Source of the DNA: Desulfocapsa sulfexigens DSM 10523 | Lineage (GTDB): Bacteria; Desulfobacterota; Desulfobulbia; Desulfobulbales; Desulfocapsaceae | DNA length: 32,000 bases | Assembly: GCF_000341395.1 (NCBI RefSeq) | Contig: NC_020304.1 | Location: forward strand, 2,940,001-2,972,000 | Reading direction: 5' to 3' | In this document: piece by piece, positions 25,322 to 32,000 of the stretch | Position numbering within the stretch: the stretch's first letter is position 1 | Layout: every line of letters starts with the position of its first letter | Notes under the pieces: model-generated | Told to the model about the DNA's origin: nothing | What the model saw: the letters and a program-made list of their open reading frames with translations, nothing else | Database searches by the model: none | Translations under genes and position numbers: made by a program

Positions 25322-25623
25322 AAGCGTTAGAATTACGAAGACAGTTTACCTGTTTTCCGAGTTGGGATTGCCAGTTGAAGGTTTAAGCACGTTAACAGGA
25401 CAAATAGGTATGCTGCTGTGAATCGCCCCCGGACCCGTTATTTCAGAGTTGTCGTGTCGGTTATATTTCCATACCAGGAAAGCAAAAGGGGGCAAATCTG
25501 CTTTTGGCTTTAGTTTGGCCTCAAAGGACAATTAATGGGTAGACCGCAAAGTTGATTTATGGGCCGAAATGGGTAATAGAGAGTTCAAACGGCCAAAAAT
25601 CACCGAACAAGCCAATAACCTGA

Positions 25624-25708
25624 TCGCAAAATTCGTCGGTTTCTCAAAACTTAATGTTCCGTGCTAAACGTATAGTTTTGAGCAAAGCCGTACCACGCAT
25701 TTTTGCGA
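25624..25708. other. Nested stem structure in the convergent intergenic region
   Basis: The outer stem pairs TCGCAAAA (25624-25631) with TTTTGCGA (25701-25708). The inner stem pairs CTCAAAACT (25643-25651) with AGTTTTGAG (25674-25682), and CGGTTT/AAA(G)CCG extends it. No T tract follows on either strand. Confidence 0.3.
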
Positions 25709-25823
25709 CAGATTATCGAAGCGTTAACACTGCAATTTAAAAGAGAAATCAGATTCTATTACGTACGTTGGCTAAATCTGCCGGTTTTTATCGAACCGTA
25801 TTACAATATACCTCTATCCGTGT

Positions 25824-26750
25824 TTAACCATGGAGTTTGTCGGGATTCATGATGTTCTTCTCCATATGTTGGAGCTCTTCAATCCCGGAGACAATAATTT
25901 CTGGATCATATTCCAGTTGTTCTTTCGAAAGTTTTCCGTCATACTCCATATTGGAAAGAATATATTTGATGCAGTTAATTCTGGCTTTTTTCTTCACATC
26001 GGAACGAACAATTGTCCAGGGAGATAAGGTTCTGTTGGTCTCGGACAGCATCTGAAATTTACGTACTGAGTATTGATCCCAATATTCCTGAGCCAGATTG
26101 TCAACAGGTGAAAGTTTAAACTGTTTCAGAGGATCAGTCTTCCGTGAATCAAAACGCTCCTTCTGGACATCTTTGGAAACTGAAAAGTAGAACTTGAAGA
26201 GCTTTATCCCATCCTTAACCAGTAGCTCTTCAAGCATGGGCACATCCTTCAGAAATCGCTTGTTTTGCTCATCGGTACAGAAGTTCATTACCGGCTCAAC
26301 CATGGCACGATTATACCAGCTTCGGTCAAAAAGAACGATTTCTCCAGCTGCGGGAAGATGTGGAGTGTAGCGTTGAAAATACCACTGGGTTGTTTCTGTT
26401 TCATTAGGCTTGGTGAGTGCGGTTACTCTGGTATTCCTGGGGTTGAGGTTTGCCGTAATCCTTTTGATGGTGCCCCCTTTGCCTGCTGCATCCCTACCTT
26501 CAAAGATAGCAAGAATACGATCTCCACTGGCCTGCATATGTTTTTGCAGTTTCATTAATTCTATCTGGAGCATTTTGAGTTCCGCTTCATACTCAATGTG
26601 CCAGTTTTTAACGCAGATGGATGTTTTTCCTTTACCGTCTTTTGTGTTTATGTTTCTTAAAGCAGTTCCTTCAAGTAATCTGAATTTTTTACAGTCTATC
26701 TGTTCAGATGCATCATTTTTCTTTTTCTTTTTCTTTTTCTTTTCTGACAT
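25824..26750 (-). CDS. ppk2: Polyphosphate kinase 2 (single-domain PPK2), copy 1, with an N-terminal K8 tract
   Basis: The Walker-A-like FEGRDAAGKGGTIKRI and the FDRSWYNRAMVEPV motif are typical PPK2. AAGGAG lies 6 nt upstream of the ATG and overlaps the stop of the upstream paralog. Confidence 0.92.
   Translation of the reverse strand: MSEKKKKKKKKNDASEQIDCKKFRLLEGTALRNINTKDGKGKTSICVKNWHIEYEAELKMLQIELMKLQKHMQASGDRILAIFEGRDAAGKGGTIKRITANLNPRNTRVTALTKPNETETTQWYFQRYTPHLPAAGEIVLFDRSWYNRAMVEPVMNFCTDEQNKRFLKDVPMLEELLVKDGIKLFKFYFSVSKDVQKERFDSRKTDPLKQFKLSPVDNLAQEYWDQYSVRKFQMLSETNRTLSPWTIVRSDVKKKARINCIKYILSNMEYDGKLSKEQLEYDPEIIVSGIEELQHMEKNIMNPDKLHG
26716..26744. repeat. Hexanucleotide microsatellite (TTTTTC)x4 + TTTTC, encoding the K8 tract of PPK2 copy 1
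   Basis: Read directly from the sequence. On the coding strand it is GAA AAG AAA AAG AAA AAG AAA AAG AAA AAT. The unit length of 6 keeps the frame if the tract slips. Confidence 0.8.
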
Positions 26751-26760
26751 CAGTTGCTCC

Positions 26761-27729
26761 TTAGCTTAACGGGGTACCATATTGCTTCATCTGCTGTTTC
26801 ATGATTTTTAATTCGCGGCTACCGGAAATAACAGTATCCTGATCTATTTTGAAATTAAGGCTTCGGCTTCGTCCCCTGTATTTTACTGAACTGAGGATGA
26901 GCTTCATCGTCTCGCGTCGTGCAAGGTGCTTATCATCCGAACGGATAATCCACCATTTGGATTGTTTAGTGTGTGTTTTCTGAAGAAGAATTCTTTTCTT
27001 TTCTGTAAATTCGTCCCAGAGATCCTGAGCCTGGAGATCTACTTCGCTGAGTTTCCATTGGCGCAGAGGGTCATTTTTTCTCCTCTCAAAACGCTTTGCC
27101 TGCTCCTCTTTGCTTACTGAGAAATAGAGCTTCAAAAGTATAGTTTTGCCGGCGTCGAGGATGAAATTCTGTTCGTATGAGGTAACTTTCGTTAAAAAGC
27201 GCCGATACTGTTCAGGGGTGCAGAAACCCATGACAGGTTCAACCATCGCGCGGTTATACCAGCTTCTGTCAAACATGACGATTTCACCGGCATGGGGGAA
27301 ACGCTCTATATAGCGTTTCATGTGCAGTTCTGTTTTCTGGGTTTCATTAGGCTTGCCCAGAGCCTCGACCCGATAGCGCTTTTCATTCATATACCGTGCA
27401 ACCCGACGGATTGTTCCACCTTTTCCGGAGGCATCACGACCATCAAAGAGAATAATCATCTTTTTCCCGGTTGCTTCAAGGTGATTCTGCATTTTGATAA
27501 GTTCTGCCTGGTAGGGCTTTAACTCTTCGGAGTTGTAATACTTGAGAAGTGCAGCTTCGACTATTTCTTCTTTGTGCCGATCTTTTAGTACCGAGAGGAT
27601 TTTGCGACTTTTTTCACTGGGTGGTTGTGACTTGAAGTCCTTGTCGAGTTTATGGACGAGTTTGCGAATTATTGCGGTACTACCTTGGGATTCATTTGCT
27701 TGGATTTTTTTCTTTTTTGGGGGAGTCAT
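26761..27729 (-). CDS. ppk2: Polyphosphate kinase 2, copy 2 (tandem paralog)
   Basis: FDGRDASGKGGTIRRV and FDRSWYNRAMVEPV, collinear with copy 1. The track ORF extends to 27783, but the ATG at 27729 (MTPPKKKK) has AGGTGA 8 nt upstream and is preferred. Confidence 0.9.
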   Translation of the reverse strand: MTPPKKKKIQANESQGSTAIIRKLVHKLDKDFKSQPPSEKSRKILSVLKDRHKEEIVEAALLKYYNSEELKPYQAELIKMQNHLEATGKKMIILFDGRDASGKGGTIRRVARYMNEKRYRVEALGKPNETQKTELHMKRYIERFPHAGEIVMFDRSWYNRAMVEPVMGFCTPEQYRRFLTKVTSYEQNFILDAGKTILLKLYFSVSKEEQAKRFERRKNDPLRQWKLSEVDLQAQDLWDEFTEKKRILLQKTHTKQSKWWIIRSDDKHLARRETMKLILSSVKYRGRSRSLNFKIDQDTVISGSRELKIMKQQMKQYGTPLS

Positions 27730-27799
27730 AGTGTTTGTCACCTGCGGAAAAGTTTTTGTTAAAGAAGATGGTATCAGTAACACTATTTAACATCAACTA

Positions 27800-28519
27800 T
27801 TAATTGAGTTTTTTTCCTAAAGTATACATGGACTGGTAAATGTCGGGTAATTTGTGTTTTTTGAGAGCCTGGATCATCTGTTCAATTGGCCATGAAATTC
27901 TGTGAAACCGGGTTGATACAGTCTCACCTATGATGGTGAGAACAGCACAGGATGCTGCTGGGTTGGAATCAAACATTCGTCCCACACTTCCAGGATTTAT
28001 AAAATGGATATTGTTAACCCGTTTGTGGAAAGCTGTATGGGAGTGACCACAGAGAATAATGTCGCATGGGCAGAGTTTGGAGAGAGCTGAAAATCGAGCT
28101 GGATCCGTTTCTGGAAAAAGGAATTCATTCGGATTATCAGGACTTCCGTGAAAAAGACAGATTTCGTGGTTTTCCACGGTTAATTGCCTGGTTCTTTTAA
28201 GGGATAAAATATACTTTGCAGCCGCTGGTGTCAGGTGTTCGGCTGTCCAGGTATACATGATCCGTTTCTCTGTTTTGCGGGGTTTTTTGAATGTTTTTCC
28301 TGTAAGTAGTTTTCTGATTTTCCAGTCGGTATTGCCAACGATGGATTGGACGTCGTTCGTCTCCAGCCAGTCAAGTGTCTCGTTAGGGAATGGGGCATAG
28401 ACAAGTGAATCACCACAGTTGAAAATTGCATCAAAACGTGTTCCCGAAAAGAACAGGGCAATGGCTTCAAGTGCAGGGAAGTTTGCGTGGATATCAGAGA
28501 GAAGGAGGATTTTAGCCAT
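27800..28519 (-). CDS. Calcineurin-like metallophosphoesterase (YfcE/MJ0936-type)
   Basis: Metal-ligand motifs in canonical order: LSDIH, GDSLVY, GNTD, FHGSP, GHSH. 239 aa. Confidence 0.85.
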   Translation of the reverse strand: MAKILLLSDIHANFPALEAIALFFSGTRFDAIFNCGDSLVYAPFPNETLDWLETNDVQSIVGNTDWKIRKLLTGKTFKKPRKTEKRIMYTWTAEHLTPAAAKYILSLKRTRQLTVENHEICLFHGSPDNPNEFLFPETDPARFSALSKLCPCDIILCGHSHTAFHKRVNNIHFINPGSVGRMFDSNPAASCAVLTIIGETVSTRFHRISWPIEQMIQALKKHKLPDIYQSMYTLGKKLN

Positions 28520-28543
28520 ATAAAAAATTATACAGTATTTAAT

Positions 28544-30049
28544 TTATAAGAGTGGCCCGATAATAAGTGATACGTTTTCAAAGAATTTCTGCATGATGGA
28601 GCGATCTGCGAAGTCAGCAGGTAGAAGAGTTTGCGACTGGACTTCATAACCGGCCTGAACAGCACGAAGTTCTCTGGTGAAATCCCGATTATAGATGAAA
28701 AGAGTTGCCTCAAAATTAAGCCAGAAGCTACGCATATCGAGGTTTACTGAACCAAAAAGGGCAAATTCATCATCTACTGTGATGGTTTTTGAGTGAAGGA
28801 GGCCACCTTTGAAAAGTTTTATGGAGACACCGTCGCTGACCAGATCCTCATAGCGAGCCCAACTTGCATAGTGGACAAGCCTGGAATCATTTTTTTCAGG
28901 AACGATGATCCGAACATCAACACCCCGTCGGGCAGCTGATTGCAGTGCGGTGAGAATGGATTCATCCGGGACAAAATAGGGCGTGGTAAGAGTGATGTTT
29001 TTGCGTGATGCGTAAATAGTGGTGAGAAGCAGACTGTGGATGGCATCCTTGGAAAAACCTGGCCCCGATGGTACAAATTGTACTGGAACATTTCCCTTGA
29101 GTGGTTGATGGGTAATATCTGCAATCTCACGTATATGCCTGATATCCTGGTCGAGCGATCGAAATTGAACCTGCTGGCTGTCAGTTTCAAGGAACCAGTC
29201 ACTGATAAATGTACCGGCAAGGGCCTCAACCACAGGCCCCTGGATGCGGACCATGATATCGATCCAGTGACCCAATCCGGAATCCTGCTTGAAAAACTTT
29301 GGATCCACCATGTTTTGGCTTCCGGTGTAGGCGATCTTACCGTCAATCACTACGATTTTGCGGTGGTTCCGGATATCAACCCGAACGAAAAGAGCTTTGA
29401 TAAATCCTGCTGGAAGTTCTTCTTCAATTTGTACGCCGGCTGCCAGGAGCGTCTGGATTTTTTCCCCTTTCAGGAAATCATTGGACCCAATCGAGTCAAT
29501 AAGAATTCGACAGGTCACTCCGCGTCCGGCAGCACGAATTACGGCTGCAACAACTTCATCGGCTGTTCCTCCTTCGGCCCATATATAAAATTGCAGATGG
29601 CAGGTTGATTGAGCGGCGTCTATATCTTTGATGATGGCACGCATGATCAGTTCAGGTTCTTCGATCAGTTCGAGATGATTACCATCCATTGCCGGAATCC
29701 CTATCAGGCTGTTTGCCAGGTGGTGAATAGCTTTTAATTCTGAATTGAGTTCGGACCAATTGACAGGTGCTATTGCAGGGAGGGCCTCCAGCCATTTACG
29801 ATAGTGGTCAAGGGAGTCTTTGATCCGCTTTGCCCTGGTTTCACCGATTCTGTTTTCTCCAAACAGGAGATAGGTGATTGCTCCAAAAAATGGCAGGAGC
29901 AGTATGACGACAAGCCAGGCGAGAGTGACCCCGTACTGACGTTTACGCATGATAACCCTGATTGAAAGGCCGAGACGCAGGATCAGGTCAGCAACGGGAA
30001 TGATGATGGTTGCAATGTGAACACTCCAGTGAAGGCTGTCTTGATCCAT
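28544..30049 (-). CDS. cls: Cardiolipin synthase (PLD superfamily, two HKD motifs)
   Basis: Two N-terminal TM helices, then HKD motifs HRKIVVIDGKIAYTGSQN and HSKTITVDDEFALFGSVNLD. Length and layout are typical of ClsA. Confidence 0.9.
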   Translation of the reverse strand: MDQDSLHWSVHIATIIIPVADLILRLGLSIRVIMRKRQYGVTLAWLVVILLLPFFGAITYLLFGENRIGETRAKRIKDSLDHYRKWLEALPAIAPVNWSELNSELKAIHHLANSLIGIPAMDGNHLELIEEPELIMRAIIKDIDAAQSTCHLQFYIWAEGGTADEVVAAVIRAAGRGVTCRILIDSIGSNDFLKGEKIQTLLAAGVQIEEELPAGFIKALFVRVDIRNHRKIVVIDGKIAYTGSQNMVDPKFFKQDSGLGHWIDIMVRIQGPVVEALAGTFISDWFLETDSQQVQFRSLDQDIRHIREIADITHQPLKGNVPVQFVPSGPGFSKDAIHSLLLTTIYASRKNITLTTPYFVPDESILTALQSAARRGVDVRIIVPEKNDSRLVHYASWARYEDLVSDGVSIKLFKGGLLHSKTITVDDEFALFGSVNLDMRSFWLNFEATLFIYNRDFTRELRAVQAGYEVQSQTLLPADFADRSIMQKFFENVSLIIGPLL

Positions 30050-30221
30050 GTGTTTTTTTATGAATTATGGTAAGTGTAAATGCGTTTTTTTGAGCGTCTG
30101 ATCTGCAAATCTACCCTGCCTGGGTAAAAATGTAAAATAGCTTATTTTTCTCTGGCATTATCTTCAATGTGGATGGTAGTGTGCAAGCCTGACGGATTCA
30201 CATTTTAAAGGTAAGGATATA

Positions 30222-31406
30222 ATGGAAATTAAAGGATTCTCCACATCTGCTGTAGCGGCAGGTATTCGATATAAGGATCGGCTGGATCTTGGTCTTATTT
30301 ATAGCAATGTTCCAGCTGTTACTGCCGGGGTTTTTACCACCAATCAGGTGAAAGCTGCACCAGTCATAATTGATCAGGATCGTTTGCGGCAGGGACGAGC
30401 TCAGGCCATTCTTGTAAACAGTGGTTGTGCCAACGCCTGTACTGGAGTGAAAGGGATGGAGAATGCAAACATCACCAGCTCACTTCTTGCAACACGCCTG
30501 AAGATTGATGAGAAAATGGTGCTTCTGTCATCCACCGGAGTAATTGGCGAACAGCTGAATATTGGAGCCTTCCGCTCGGCAATGGGCAAACTTGTTGAGG
30601 GCTTGGGTGAGGATAATTTTGATTCCGTAGCCAGGGCCATCATGACCACGGACACTTTTCCAAAGGTGGTAAGTAGAGTTGTGACGATTGGAGGCCAAGA
30701 AGTGAAGTTTATGGGCATGGCCAAAGGCGCCGGGATGATAATGCCCAATATGGCAACCATGCTCTCCTTTGTGATTACCGATGCCCAGATAAGTTTTCCT
30801 GAATTGCATGATTCTCTGAAACAGGCAACCGATAGAACTTTTAACCGCATTACGGTGGACGGTGATACCAGTACTAATGATATGGTTTTGGTTATGGCAA
30901 ACGGAACTGCAGAGAACGCCTGGATTGATGAGGATAATCCCATTGATAAACAGTTGTTTCAGGATACTTTGGAAGGCGTGTTGAAAGAGCTTGCCCTGCA
31001 GATTGTGAATGATGGAGAAGGTGCAAGTAAGTGCATCACTATACGAGTATGCGGGGCGCGTGGTGAGGCCGAAGCCGAACAGATTGCCAGGACCGTAGCT
31101 AATTCACCTCTGGTGAAGACGGCATTTTTTGGAGAGGATGCCAATTGGGGGAGGATTTTTGCTGCCATGGGGCGGGCAGGAGTCCGATTCGATCCCAGTC
31201 GGGTTGACATTGCCTTTGGTGATGTGGTTATTGTTCGTGATGGGCTTGCCGTTGGTCCTGATGCTGAAAAGGCTGCTACCAAGCTGTTGAAAGAAAAGAA
31301 TATTACAGTGTGTATAGATTTGAAAGATGGTACAGATTGTGAGGAGATCTATACATGTGATTTTTCTTTGGATTATGTGAAGATTAATGCTGATTATCGA
31401 TCCTGA
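30222..31406 (+). CDS. argJ: Bifunctional glutamate N-acetyltransferase / amino-acid acetyltransferase ArgJ
   Basis: KGAGMIMPNMATMLSFVITDA contains the autoproteolytic ATML site. TVDGDTSTND and the C-terminal INADYRS are characteristic. Confidence 0.96.
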   Translation: MEIKGFSTSAVAAGIRYKDRLDLGLIYSNVPAVTAGVFTTNQVKAAPVIIDQDRLRQGRAQAILVNSGCANACTGVKGMENANITSSLLATRLKIDEKMVLLSSTGVIGEQLNIGAFRSAMGKLVEGLGEDNFDSVARAIMTTDTFPKVVSRVVTIGGQEVKFMGMAKGAGMIMPNMATMLSFVITDAQISFPELHDSLKQATDRTFNRITVDGDTSTNDMVLVMANGTAENAWIDEDNPIDKQLFQDTLEGVLKELALQIVNDGEGASKCITIRVCGARGEAEAEQIARTVANSPLVKTAFFGEDANWGRIFAAMGRAGVRFDPSRVDIAFGDVVIVRDGLAVGPDAEKAATKLLKEKNITVCIDLKDGTDCEEIYTCDFSLDYVKINADYRS

Positions 31407-31426
31407 AGCTGTTCACGGTATAAGCT

Positions 31427-32000
31427 ATGAATAGTATAGCGATGTATTCAAGCAAAGGAGGGGTGGGAAAGACTGCTGCTGCCGTCAATCTGTCCTATGC
31501 TTCATCCATTCGTGGGAAAAAGACTTTGCTCTGTGATATGGATCCGCAGGGGGCCGCAAGTTTTTATTATCGTGTTCCTATTAAAGGAAAATTTAATAAA
31601 AAACAGTTCCTGAAGGGAAGACTGAAGGGATTTATCCGTGAAACCGGGTATCCTGGCTTAGATCTTTTACCCGCTCATTTTTCCTTTAGAAATCTCGATA
31701 TTGCACTTGATATTGATGGGCAGGATCAACTCAAAAATATTTTTGCTGTACTTGCAGATGACTACGATGTTCTTATCTTCGACTGTCCACCCAATATGAC
31801 TCTGTTATCTGAAAAACTTATTGCGGCCTCAGATCAGGTGGTGATGCCAGTTATTCCGACTACACTTTCCATCAGGGCACTGGCCCAACTGATGAAATTT
31901 TTTGATAAGATTGGAGCAGATCGGAAGAAACTCCGGGCCTTTTTTTCCATGGTCGAACGCCGCAAAAACATGCATCTTGATACAGTTAAAAGCTATCGGA
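31427..32000 (+). CDS. ParA/MinD-family P-loop ATPase (partial; the 3' end runs off the window)
   Basis: It is not in the track because there is no stop in the window. From the ATG at 31427 it reads MNSIAMYSSKGGVGKTAAAVNLSY... with the deviant Walker A KGGVGKT, then DMDPQG and IFDCPP. Confidence 0.85.
   Translation, partial: MNSIAMYSSKGGVGKTAAAVNLSYASSIRGKKTLLCDMDPQGAASFYYRVPIKGKFNKKQFLKGRLKGFIRETGYPGLDLLPAHFSFRNLDIALDIDGQDQLKNIFAVLADDYDVLIFDCPPNMTLLSEKLIAASDQVVMPVIPTTLSIRALAQLMKFFDKIGADRKKLRAFFSMVERRKNMHLDTVKSYR

Noticed and set aside
30091-30115. TTTGCA...GCCTGG on the minus strand upstream of cls as a sigma-54 promoter
   Set aside because: The GG-to-GC spacing is 2 nt too long relative to TGGCAC-N5-TTGC.
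30050-30221. ARG-box-like TGAAT sequence in the cls/argJ divergent region
   Set aside because: Only one half-site-like TGAATTATGG is present, without the palindromic ATTCA partner, which is insufficient to call an ArgR operator.
1-32000. CRISPR arrays, tRNA/rRNA genes, intact IS elements or prophage genes
   Set aside because: Reading both strands, I found no regularly spaced short direct repeats, no tRNA-like T-arm/acceptor signatures, no rRNA-like segments, and no transposase, integrase or phage structural motifs. A covariance-model scan would be needed to fully exclude small RNAs.

Overview
This 32-kb window looks chromosomal and AT-leaning, with GC in the low 40s % by eye. The gene content suggests an anaerobic Desulfobacterota-type bacterium, based on sigma-54 signalling, a small Desulfovibrio-type ferredoxin, tandem PPK2 genes and ArgJ; this taxonomic guess is inference only.

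Layout:
- 1-11701, minus strand: a partial TauE-like membrane protein; an operon of accessory membrane protein, PAS histidine kinase and stand-alone receiver behind a candidate sigma-54 promoter; a tightly packed trio of PEP-utilising-type dikinase, dual-specificity phosphatase fusion and NtrC-type activator; and a long coiled-coil OmpA/TSP3 protein.
- 11927-19473: a small Cys protein, then a plus-strand housekeeping run of ferredoxin, membrane protein, alr, argS, small membrane protein, GNAT, secA and a strong terminator.
- 19.5-25.8 kb: an accessory-looking stretch. It holds a decayed ASCH-type pseudogene; two copies of a roughly 190-250 bp repeat bracketing a noticeably GC-richer PAS-GGDEF gene; a three-blade YVTN/NHL repeat fused to an outer-membrane phospholipase A barrel; an isolated radical SAM gene; and two long non-coding spacers.
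- 25824-30049, minus strand: an operon of cardiolipin synthase, metallophosphoesterase and two PPK2 genes. argJ and a partial parA-like gene follow on the plus strand.

I saw no rRNA, tRNA, CRISPR array or intact transposase/integrase.

The best candidates for something undescribed are the dikinase/phosphatase/sigma-54 module and the repeat-bracketed GGDEF plus propeller-OMPLA region. All family calls come from motif recognition by eye, not from database searches.
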